NCBI GenBank assembly: GCA_041691135.1
Contig: JBEPVF010000013.1
Location: 1 to 40,913, forward strand
Origin: Candidatus Peribacteria bacterium
GTDB taxonomy: Bacteria > Patescibacteriota > Gracilibacteria > Peribacterales > Peribacteraceae
DNA length: 40,913 nt
Reading direction: 5' to 3'
Each line of letters starts with the position of its first letter. Positions within the stretch are counted from its first letter, which is position 1. A model generated the notes under the pieces. It was not told where the DNA came from. It did no database searches and saw only the letters and a program-made list of their open reading frames with translations. Of this stretch, positions 18,041 through 26,798 are shown piece after piece. Position numbers and translations under genes: made by a program.

Positions 18041-18712
18041 ATGTTGAAAGTAACCGACGCCTTACGTGAAATCATTGAAGGAGAGCCCTTGCTGCAATTC
18101 GGTCTGCAGCACGGGCTGCTGAATTTGTCGCAAGTCGCCAACTACATCCGGCCGCACATCCAGGTACGAACCAAGAAACCGCTCACATCAAGCGCAATCG
18201 TGATGGCGCTGTCGCGGATGCAGAATGATATCCGGCGTACGACTCCGCAGCGAGACGAGTACTACATCAACCAAATCGCCATCCAAGCAAACCTGTGCAC
18301 GTACACCTTCAACAAAACGAAAGATGTACACCGTGGCGTGCAAAAACTGTATGAGCTGGTGCAGAAAAAAAACGGCTACATGACGCTCTCAGAAGGCGTA
18401 TCGGAAATCACGCTCATCATCGACCGCAAATTTCAGTCCGACGCAATCGCACTGATCGACGACAAACCGACATTCAGTCACGACACGGTGGCCAGCGTCG
18501 GTATCATGTTCGACGAAAAATTCACACGCGAAGTACCGGGCTTTATCTACATCATCTTGCAGCAACTCATGCTGCAGGGCATCAACCTGATTGAATTGTC
18601 GTCGACGTTCACCGGACTCAATTTGTATCTCGATGAAAAAGATACGAAGTTGGCGTTCGAAACGTTGTATGCGTTGTTCAAGCGCCGTGAATCACTTTCA
18701 AAAGCCTTATGA
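18041..18712 (+). CDS. Helical N-domain + tandem ACT-like protein (putative amino-acid-sensing regulator)
   Basis: GLLNLSQVA...AIVMALSR N-terminus; SEGVSEITLII and PGFIYIILQQL..QGINLIELSSTFT ACT-like segments. Leaderless start (TGtTACAAT-6nt-ATG). Confidence 0.78.
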   Translation: MLKVTDALREIIEGEPLLQFGLQHGLLNLSQVANYIRPHIQVRTKKPLTSSAIVMALSRMQNDIRRTTPQRDEYYINQIAIQANLCTYTFNKTKDVHRGVQKLYELVQKKNGYMTLSEGVSEITLIIDRKFQSDAIALIDDKPTFSHDTVASVGIMFDEKFTREVPGFIYIILQQLMLQGINLIELSSTFTGLNLYLDEKDTKLAFETLYALFKRRESLSKAL

Positions 18713-19146
18713 CGAAGAGCAGTCCCGCTCCTCAGTTGGCGTTCGAGAGACCTTCACGTGACCCAGGGAAAGCCATAGCGGTCAACGAGTTTCGCAGACT
18801 CATTGATGCGATTCGCACACAACAAGATCAGTCTTCGCTTCATACATTTGGGATGCTAAAGCGTATGGGCATCCTTCGTGATAAGGATATTCAAGAAAAA
18901 AGAATGCGCCAATTGACCAAAGTAACTTTAGCCGACAAAGAAGATACTGACTTTGTAACACGCGTATCCGTTTTTCTCGCCTATTTTGTACGTAAAAATG
19001 CCCAGCAATTAGACGAAGTATTACATATGGTCGATAAAGACGAAGAACCATCATTCACTGATGCTATAAAACGAATACATGATCAACAAGAGGAGGAGGC
19101 TTGTGAACGCCGTGAAGCATTCGCAAAAATCCTTGGTACAAAATAA
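18709..19146 (+). CDS. Hypothetical protein, translationally coupled to the ACT gene
   Basis: ATGA overlap at 18709-18712; 145 aa, helical and charged. Confidence 0.65.
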   Translation: MTKSSPAPQLAFERPSRDPGKAIAVNEFRRLIDAIRTQQDQSSLHTFGMLKRMGILRDKDIQEKRMRQLTKVTLADKEDTDFVTRVSVFLAYFVRKNAQQLDEVLHMVDKDEEPSFTDAIKRIHDQQEEEACERREAFAKILGTK

Positions 19147-19149
19147 ACG

Positions 19150-19905
19150 TTATTTGGCTACGAATGCCGTCGCCCCCAGCCATGCCAAATCGAACACCGC
19201 TTTCATCGTTCGGGCAAACGTAGGGCTTTCCACAATCAACCCGAGCAGTTCGTCTGCGTTGAGCGACACGATGCCGACGGAATTATTGAAGATGAGCACT
19301 TCGTTCTCGAATAAAAACTGATCGCGGTTCACCAGCAGGATTTCGGTGAGGTTCGGATCGTGGTTCTTCGGCAAGAACGGGTCGAGCACATGCACGCTCT
19401 CGACGGTCGTCGGCGACAGATACCGTGTCTTGATTTTCTTCTTCAGCTTGGTGTGCGTGTACTCCTCGAAAAACTTCGGGAAAAACGTCGTCACGTTCTT
19501 AAGGTTTGTGTAGCCGAGTATTTCACCTTTGGCTTGGAGCGATTCGCTGAACACTTTTTCGACGCCGTCTTGTCCTTCGTAAAAACGAATCTTGGGTTTG
19601 AATGCAAGCGCACTCACAAGCGAGCGCAGTTCGGGCAACAGTCCTTTAACGATATTCATCTGCTCTTCCAGAAGTTTCTGCAATTGTTCGGGCGGCTCGG
19701 GCGCGAAGTACTTCACGCCGTTCTTGTTGTACTGGCTCAGTAATTTCTTTTTGAGCAAATTCTCAAGCGTGTGATAACAACTGACACGATGCACACCGGC
19801 TTTTTTGGCGATTACGGACGCCGGTCCGCCGTTCACTTCCAGGCACGCGATGTATACTTTCGCTTCTTCTTGGGACAAGCCGATCTTGAGGAGTTCGGAG
19901 AGCAT
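19150..19905 (-). CDS. TrmB-family HTH transcriptional regulator with a C-terminal effector domain
   Basis: IGLSQEEAKVYIACLE..GPAS.IAKKAGVHRVSCYHTLENL.KK.LL; KPKIRFYEG..GV; IVESPTFARTMKAVFDLAW. Start ATG 19905 with TGcTACCAT 8 nt upstream. Confidence 0.9.
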   Translation of the reverse strand: MLSELLKIGLSQEEAKVYIACLEVNGGPASVIAKKAGVHRVSCYHTLENLLKKKLLSQYNKNGVKYFAPEPPEQLQKLLEEQMNIVKGLLPELRSLVSALAFKPKIRFYEGQDGVEKVFSESLQAKGEILGYTNLKNVTTFFPKFFEEYTHTKLKKKIKTRYLSPTTVESVHVLDPFLPKNHDPNLTEILLVNRDQFLFENEVLIFNNSVGIVSLNADELLGLIVESPTFARTMKAVFDLAWLGATAFVAK

Positions 19906-19926
19906 ATGCGGGAATGGTAGCACTGT

Positions 19927-19944
19927 TGTAGAATTTTTTCTACA
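19927..19944. promoter_or_regulatory. Candidate operator for the TrmB-like regulator
   Basis: Perfect 7-4-7 palindrome TGTAGAA-TTTT-TTCTACA over the -35 region of the regulator promoter, in the divergent intergenic region. Confidence 0.55.
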
Positions 19945-20075
19945 CAATAAGAATACTACTATTTGGCTTACCATAAGCTAATAAATACAAACATATCACA
20001 TCATGTTGGACGATTTTGACTATACGTGGAACACTGTCAACGCTGCGCAGAAGTTCTATGTTCAGCATTTTTTGT

Positions 20076-21761
20076 ATGCAACGATCCTGTACACAGTGCG
20101 GCCAGACCTTCGATCTCCCGGAGACGGACCTGGCGCTACTCGATCGCCTGGCTCCGGTCTTCGCCGAAAAGAAGGAACTGATTCCTCCACCGACGCTATG
20201 CCCGGATTGCCGCTGGCAACGCCGACTGTGCTTCCGCAATGAACGCAAACTTTATCATCGCAAATGCGACCTGTCGGGCCGGTCGATGATTTCGATGCAT
20301 CCGACGGGCACGTCGTTCCCCGTCTACTACATCACGGAGTGGCTGAGCGACAAATGGAATCCACAAGACTCTGGCCGCCCATTCGATTTCTCGCGTCCGT
20401 TCTTTGAACAGTTTCAGGAGCTGTGCAACATCGTCCCTCATTTCAATCTGTTCATCGATCCGCATTTGGATCAGAACTCCGAGTACACCAACTGCTCCAG
20501 CGAAGCCAAGAATTGTTACATGATCACTCAAGCCGAAAAGAACGAAGACTGTTACTACTCACGTGGCATTAACCGTTGTAAAGATTGTTGCGACTGTTTG
20601 CGCATCAGCGGCAGTGAACTGTGTTATGAGTGCATCAATGTGACCGATTCATATAAATGTACGTACCTCCAGGACTGCGACAACTGCAACGACTGCCACT
20701 TCGGCAGTGATCTGCGTGGTTGTAAAAATTGCTTCGGCTGTCACGGTTTAGCGCAGAAGCAGTACTGCTTGTTCAATGAACAATTGAGCAAAGACGAGTG
20801 GGAAGCCAAAGTCGGTTCATTGACGCTGACACATGAAATCATAAAAGACATGCAGGCAAAGAGCATGGCTGCCAGACTCAAAACTCCACAACGCGCCTCA
20901 CATTTGCTGCAATGCGAAAACTCCACCGGTGATCACCTGACCGAGTGCCGTGATGCTCACAACTGTTTTGATTCCCGCAACTTGGAGACCTGCGCGTACT
21001 GCTATGAACTTCTCAACGGAGCGAAGGACTCCATGGACTTCTCGATGTTCGGCCTCAACTGCGAACTTGATTACGAATGCAACGGCTGCGGGTACAACGT
21101 GTACCGCACGCTCTTCAGCAATCACTGTTGGCAAAATGTGACCGACCTCCTCTACTGCGAATCGTGCTTCCCCAGTGTGAAGAATTGTTTCGGCTGCTTC
21201 GGCCTGCGACAAGCTGAATACTGCATTCTGAATAAGCAATACACGAAGGAAGAATACGAAGCACTCGTCCCGAAGATCATTGACCATATGAGAGCGACCA
21301 AAGAGTGGGGCGAATTCTTTCCACAAAATATTTCCGCATATGCATACAACGAATCGCTCGCTGGAGAGTTCTTCCCACTGACCAAAGAAGAAGTTCTACA
21401 AAGAGGTTGGAAATGGCACGAGGAAGAAACGGAGCAAGATCAGTATTTGGGGCCGCGTGTCGATGTGCCTGCATCCATCACCGAAACGAGCGATGAGATT
21501 TGTAAGCAGATTCTTACCTGCTCACTCACCGATAAACCGTACAAGATCATTCCACAGGAACTCTCCTTCTATAGACAGATGGGACTACCTATCCCAACTG
21601 TATCGCCCCAGGCACGGCATTTAAACCGCATGGCACAGCGCAATCCACGACATCTGCGGAAGAGGCAATGTGACGAGTGCGGGACGGAGGTGGATACGAC
21701 TATCACTCCCGAACGAACTGAGCGTGTGTTGTGTGATGGGTGTTATCTACGTTCCATATAA
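20076..21761 (+). CDS. Cys-rich zinc-ribbon / Cys-ladder protein, array copy 1
   Basis: CxxC...PPPTLCPDCR..RR..FRNERKLY.RKCD; two Cys blocks; WGEFFP; KIIPQEL; terminal CxxC-x17-CxxC. Start at MQRSCTQC by alignment with paralogs. Confidence 0.9.
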   Translation: MQRSCTQCGQTFDLPETDLALLDRLAPVFAEKKELIPPPTLCPDCRWQRRLCFRNERKLYHRKCDLSGRSMISMHPTGTSFPVYYITEWLSDKWNPQDSGRPFDFSRPFFEQFQELCNIVPHFNLFIDPHLDQNSEYTNCSSEAKNCYMITQAEKNEDCYYSRGINRCKDCCDCLRISGSELCYECINVTDSYKCTYLQDCDNCNDCHFGSDLRGCKNCFGCHGLAQKQYCLFNEQLSKDEWEAKVGSLTLTHEIIKDMQAKSMAARLKTPQRASHLLQCENSTGDHLTECRDAHNCFDSRNLETCAYCYELLNGAKDSMDFSMFGLNCELDYECNGCGYNVYRTLFSNHCWQNVTDLLYCESCFPSVKNCFGCFGLRQAEYCILNKQYTKEEYEALVPKIIDHMRATKEWGEFFPQNISAYAYNESLAGEFFPLTKEEVLQRGWKWHEEETEQDQYLGPRVDVPASITETSDEICKQILTCSLTDKPYKIIPQELSFYRQMGLPIPTVSPQARHLNRMAQRNPRHLRKRQCDECGTEVDTTITPERTERVLCDGCYLRSI

Positions 21762-21764
21762 AAG

Positions 21765-23447
21765 ATGGAAAAAACTTGTTTCCAATGCCGGCAGTTGTTT
21801 GAAATTTCCCCCAGTGATCTGGCATTCTACGAGAAAATTTCGCCGGAATTCAACGGTCAAAAGGAGTTGGTTCCTCCGCCGACTTGTTGTCCGAATTGTC
21901 GTGCTCAAAGGAGGTTAGCTCGACGGAATGAGCGATCACTCTTCCATCGCAAATGCGATAAAACAGGCTCGCAGATCATTTCGATGTATCCACCGAACAG
22001 CCCGTACAAAGTCTACGAAATGACTATATGGCATGGTGATGGATGGGATGCGATGGATTATGCGCAAGACTTCGATCTCGATAGTCCTTTCTTTACACAA
22101 TTCCAAAAATTGATGCTCGCGGTACCGCGGATGCAGTTTGTGCGCGAAGGAACGATTGTCAATTCCGATTATTGCAATCGCGTTTCGTACGCTAAAAATT
22201 GCTATCTGCTCTTCTCCAGTAATATCAATGAAGATTGTTACTACGGGACGCGGGTCGAAAATTGCAAAAATTGCATGGACTGTTATGGCATCTATCAAAG
22301 CGAATTGACCTACAGATGCATCGACTGTTCTAACTGCTATCAATCGGCTTGGCTGCAAAATTGTACGAATTGTTCGGACAGTTATTTTCTTCACAACTGC
22401 AGCAGCTGCAAGCATTGTCTTCTTTGTACGAACCTCAATCAAAAAGAGTATTGCATCCTCAACAAGCAGTACACAAAAGAAGAATATGAAAGAGAACTCT
22501 CAAGGATCGACTTCGGTAGCCATACAACGATTGAGTCGTTGTCAGAGCACTATAGGAATCTAAATTCTCAATTGATCGTGAAAGAATACAACGGCTTTTC
22601 GAATGAAAATTTCTCCGGAAACTATTTGGATCACTGTAAGAATGCTCATGAGTGTTTCGACTGCCGCGAAGCGGAAGATGTCCGCTATTGCCAATCCGTG
22701 ACCGGTGCTAAAAATTGTATGGATTATAGTTACTGGGGACTCGGCGTGGAACGTGTGTATGAGACGCATGCCTGCGGCATCCAATGTCAGGACATTCTGT
22801 TTTGTAATGAATGCTGGGAGGGAAATAGCAATATCCTCTATTGCGACAGCTGCATCGGCTGCTCTCACCTATTCGGATGTGTCGGCCTCAAAAAGAAGCG
22901 CTACTGCATTTTGAACAAACAATATACAAAGGAAGAGTATGAAGCGCTGGTGCCGATGATCATCAGACACATAAGGAAGACGAAAGAGTGGGGAGAGTTT
23001 TTCCCAGCCGAAATAAACCACTTCTCATACAATGAAACGGTCGCGCAAGATTACTTCCCGCTAGACAAGCAAAAAACCGCAGCACTTGGTTATAAATGGC
23101 TTGATGAAGAGGAAAAGACAAATCAATACCTCGGCCCATCTATAGAAATTCCGGATGCCATCGACGATGTAGATGATTCTATTTGCTCAACTATCTTGCA
23201 GTGTGAAGTTACAAAAAAACCATACAAAGTAATTCCACAGGAACTCGCATTTTATCGACTGATTAAACTTCCCATCTCCAGAAAATGTCCTGATATGCGA
23301 CATAAAGAACGAATGGCATTACGCAATCCTCGTCAGTTAGGGAAGAGACAGTGTGAAAACTGCAACAAAGAAATCGAGACGACGTACAGTCCACAAAGAC
23401 CGGAGAAAGTGTTCTGTGAATCGTGCTATTTCGCTTCCATTTATTGA
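21765..23447 (+). CDS. Cys-rich zinc-ribbon / Cys-ladder protein, array copy 2
   Basis: Same architecture; starts 3 nt after the copy 1 stop. Confidence 0.92.
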   Translation: MEKTCFQCRQLFEISPSDLAFYEKISPEFNGQKELVPPPTCCPNCRAQRRLARRNERSLFHRKCDKTGSQIISMYPPNSPYKVYEMTIWHGDGWDAMDYAQDFDLDSPFFTQFQKLMLAVPRMQFVREGTIVNSDYCNRVSYAKNCYLLFSSNINEDCYYGTRVENCKNCMDCYGIYQSELTYRCIDCSNCYQSAWLQNCTNCSDSYFLHNCSSCKHCLLCTNLNQKEYCILNKQYTKEEYERELSRIDFGSHTTIESLSEHYRNLNSQLIVKEYNGFSNENFSGNYLDHCKNAHECFDCREAEDVRYCQSVTGAKNCMDYSYWGLGVERVYETHACGIQCQDILFCNECWEGNSNILYCDSCIGCSHLFGCVGLKKKRYCILNKQYTKEEYEALVPMIIRHIRKTKEWGEFFPAEINHFSYNETVAQDYFPLDKQKTAALGYKWLDEEEKTNQYLGPSIEIPDAIDDVDDSICSTILQCEVTKKPYKVIPQELAFYRLIKLPISRKCPDMRHKERMALRNPRQLGKRQCENCNKEIETTYSPQRPEKVFCESCYFASIY

Positions 23448-23449
23448 GC

Positions 23450-25126
23450 ATGAATGCAACCTGCGCCTTTTGCCGGCAAGCATTCGCCACTACAGAAGAT
23501 GATCTGAAAATTTACACGAAAGCATCTCCTGTTATCCGTGAGAAAACTTACACGATCCCCCCTCCCACTCTCTGCCCAGACTGTCGCGTGCAACGTCGCA
23601 TGGCCTGGCGAAACGACCGGACCTTCTACCATCGCAAATGTGACCTGAGTGGGAAACAAATCATTTCCATCTATCCGGAAAAAACCGTCTTTCCGGTTTA
23701 CCATCAGAGTGAATGGTACAGCGACAAATGGGATCCTATAACTTACGGACAAGCCTTTGATTTCTCGAGAAATTTTTTCGAACAATGGAATGAGCTGATG
23801 CAATCAGTTCCGCGACTCGGGATGGATTTGGTGAACTGCGAGAACAGCGATTACTGCAATTACTGCGGCGACGATAAGAACTGCTATCTCGATATCGCCG
23901 GCGAGGCGAACGAAGATTGTTATTTCGATCTATTTACTAAGTACAGCCGTAACTGCGTCGATTGCACTTTCGCCTACTCCAGCACGCTCTGTTACGAATG
24001 TATTCAATGTTACAACTGCTACAACGTCCGCTATTCCATGTCGATGGACGACTGTAGCTATTGCGCTTTCTGCGTAGACTGCAAAGGCTGTCGCAATTGC
24101 CTTTTGAGCATCAACTTGCGAAATAAAGAGTACTGCATACTCAATGAACAACTGACGAAAGAAGAATACGAACAACGCGTGCAAGAGTTGAACTTGTCGT
24201 CGCATGCTTCTGTCGAACATCTGAAATCAACATGGCAAAAAGAACGCATCGCAAAAGGGATCTACCGCGACAGCAATGCAATCAACTGTGAGCAATGCTC
24301 CGGAGATAATCTAAAGAACTGTAAAAACTGCCTGCACTGTTTCAACGCGAGCGGATCGGAAAACTGCAAGTATCTGTACGACGTCCTTGATGCAACCGAT
24401 TGCCACGATCTGAACTACTCACTGTATAAACCCGAGGCTGCATATGAACTGATCTCGACACTAAACATAGTGTGTAGTGCTTTCAATATGGCATCGCATT
24501 ATTGTTCCAATGTGTACTACTGTGACCTGACGAATAACTCCAAAAATCTTTTCGGATGCATCGGATTGAATCGCAAAGAATATTGCATTCTGAATAAGCA
24601 ATATTTAAAAGAAGAATATGAAGAATTTTTACCGCGGATTATTGAACATATGAAACAAACTGGCGAGTGGGGACAGTTTTTCCCAGTGAACTTGAGTCCA
24701 TTTGGCTACAACGAAACTGTCGCGCAGGAATATATGCCTATTTCGCAGCAAGAAGCCGAAGAACGTGGGTGGAATTGGTGTGAAGAAAAGTATCCCGGTA
24801 AGCAATATCTGGGCCCGCCGGTTCTGATTCCCCATCATATCAACGATGTGACTGATGATATTTGTAATCAAATACTGCTATGCGAAATCACGGGAAAACC
24901 TTACAAAATTATTCCACAAGAACTCGTCTTCTACAGGCAAACGAAAACTCCCTTACCGCACCGATGCCCGGAAGAGCGGCATCAAGAACGCAACATGCTG
25001 CGCAATCCTCGAAAGTTATGGCAAAGAAATTGTGACAACTGCCGGAAAGAGATTGAAACGACGTATGCGTCGGATCGACCGGAAAAAGTGTTCTGCGAAG
25101 AGTGTTACCTCGCTTCCATCTATTAA
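23450..25126 (+). CDS. Cys-rich zinc-ribbon / Cys-ladder protein, array copy 3
   Basis: Same architecture; ATG (MNATCAFC) 2 nt after the copy 2 stop. Confidence 0.92.
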   Translation: MNATCAFCRQAFATTEDDLKIYTKASPVIREKTYTIPPPTLCPDCRVQRRMAWRNDRTFYHRKCDLSGKQIISIYPEKTVFPVYHQSEWYSDKWDPITYGQAFDFSRNFFEQWNELMQSVPRLGMDLVNCENSDYCNYCGDDKNCYLDIAGEANEDCYFDLFTKYSRNCVDCTFAYSSTLCYECIQCYNCYNVRYSMSMDDCSYCAFCVDCKGCRNCLLSINLRNKEYCILNEQLTKEEYEQRVQELNLSSHASVEHLKSTWQKERIAKGIYRDSNAINCEQCSGDNLKNCKNCLHCFNASGSENCKYLYDVLDATDCHDLNYSLYKPEAAYELISTLNIVCSAFNMASHYCSNVYYCDLTNNSKNLFGCIGLNRKEYCILNKQYLKEEYEEFLPRIIEHMKQTGEWGQFFPVNLSPFGYNETVAQEYMPISQQEAEERGWNWCEEKYPGKQYLGPPVLIPHHINDVTDDICNQILLCEITGKPYKIIPQELVFYRQTKTPLPHRCPEERHQERNMLRNPRKLWQRNCDNCRKEIETTYASDRPEKVFCEECYLASIY

Positions 25127-25128
25127 TC

Positions 25129-26796
25129 ATGAGTATCACTTGTCAGCAATGCCGGCGTCCCTTCACAATCGATGATCGAGATCTCGCTTTCTATGAAAAG
25201 GTATCGCCCGTAGTTGGCGGACAGGCAGTCGCAATTCCCCCACCGACGCACTGTGCAGATTGCCGACGACAACGGCGACTGAGCTTTCGCAATGAACGCA
25301 CTCTTTACCATCGCAAATGCGACATGAGCGGCAAACAGATCATTTCGAACTTCGCACCCAATGTGCCGTTCCCGGTGTACGGGCATGATGAATGGTGGAG
25401 CGATCGATGGGACGCGCGGTCGTACGGCAAGGACGTGGACTTCTCACGTCCATTTTTCGAGCAAATTGCAGAGCTTGAGCGGGCTGTACCGCAACTTGCA
25501 TTATCGGTCTGGAATTCCCAGAACAGCGACTACTGCAATTACGTGGGAAACGTGAAAGACAGCTACCTTATTTTTGGCTCTGTCTACAGCGAAAACTGTT
25601 ACTACGGTTCGCCCTACTACTCACGCAATTGCGTCGACACATTGCTTGTACGCGAATGCGAACGATCGTACGAGTGTGTCGACTGTCGTAAGTTGTATGA
25701 GTGCTTGCATTGCCGCGACTGCCACAGTTCACAGAACCTGCTGTACTGCTACGACTTACAGGGCTGTCACGATTGCATCGGCTGCGCGGGATTGCGCAAA
25801 AAAGAATTCTGCGTGGGCAACAGACAACTGACGAAAGAAGAATTTGAAATGTACCGCCAGTCGCTCGACTTATCCGATTCAGCAACTCATGAGCGACTGA
25901 GACAAGATCTTGCGGAACTCTCGCTACAGATTCCACACCGCTACATGCAGGGCAACCAAGTGGAGAATGTGAGTGGCAACTATGTCTTTCAATCGAAGAA
26001 TGTCCTTGATTCGTATTACGCAGACCGCTGCGAAGATTGCCGCTACTGCACGCAGGTCGTGGACTTGAAGGATTGCTACGACAACAACTTCACCGAAGAG
26101 AATGAACTCTGCTACGAATACCTCGGCGCCTATCAGGTGAGTCGCGTTCTGTTCTCGCGCTTCTGCAACAAGGTGCACGAGAGCATGTACGCAAATAGCT
26201 GTTTCAATGCGCATCATTTGTTTGGCTGCAGCGGCATTCGAAACGGCGAATACTGCATCTTGAACAAGCAGTATACGAAAGAGGAGTATGAAGCATTGGT
26301 CCCCCGAATTATTGAGTTGATGAAAGAGCGCAACGAGTGGGGTGAATTTTATCCGTCGAGTATTTCACCATTCGGCTACAACGAAACAGTGGCACAGGAA
26401 TATTTTCCAATGACCGAAGGAGAGGTACAACAAGCAGGGTGGCATTGGCGACATGAAGACGCTGCTGCCGAAAAATATCTGGGACCGCCAACGGCGATTC
26501 CTCAGTATATTAAGGATGTCGACGATGGTATCTGTAAACAAATTCTGCTGTGCGAAGCGACGGGTCGACCGTACAAGATCATCCCGCAGGAGCTGCAATT
26601 TTATCGAGACATGCACATTTCGATCCCACGATTGTGTCCCGATGAGCGCCACCGTCGCCGCATGCAATTGCGCAATCCGCGCAAACTGTGGACGAGAAAA
26701 TGTGATTCGTGCGGTAAAGATATACAGACGACCTACGCTCCCGGTAGACCCGAAAAAGTGTTCTGCGAAGAATGTTATCTCGCTGCCGTGTATTAA
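25129..26796 (+). CDS. Cys-rich zinc-ribbon / Cys-ladder protein, array copy 4
   Basis: Same architecture; ATG (MSITCQQC) 2 nt after the copy 3 stop. Confidence 0.92.
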   Translation: MSITCQQCRRPFTIDDRDLAFYEKVSPVVGGQAVAIPPPTHCADCRRQRRLSFRNERTLYHRKCDMSGKQIISNFAPNVPFPVYGHDEWWSDRWDARSYGKDVDFSRPFFEQIAELERAVPQLALSVWNSQNSDYCNYVGNVKDSYLIFGSVYSENCYYGSPYYSRNCVDTLLVRECERSYECVDCRKLYECLHCRDCHSSQNLLYCYDLQGCHDCIGCAGLRKKEFCVGNRQLTKEEFEMYRQSLDLSDSATHERLRQDLAELSLQIPHRYMQGNQVENVSGNYVFQSKNVLDSYYADRCEDCRYCTQVVDLKDCYDNNFTEENELCYEYLGAYQVSRVLFSRFCNKVHESMYANSCFNAHHLFGCSGIRNGEYCILNKQYTKEEYEALVPRIIELMKERNEWGEFYPSSISPFGYNETVAQEYFPMTEGEVQQAGWHWRHEDAAAEKYLGPPTAIPQYIKDVDDGICKQILLCEATGRPYKIIPQELQFYRDMHISIPRLCPDERHRRRMQLRNPRKLWTRKCDSCGKDIQTTYAPGRPEKVFCEECYLAAVY

Positions 26797-26798
26797 TC

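Noticed and set aside
18041-18712. Aspartate kinase
   Set aside because: Only ACT-like segments are present; there is no amino-acid kinase domain
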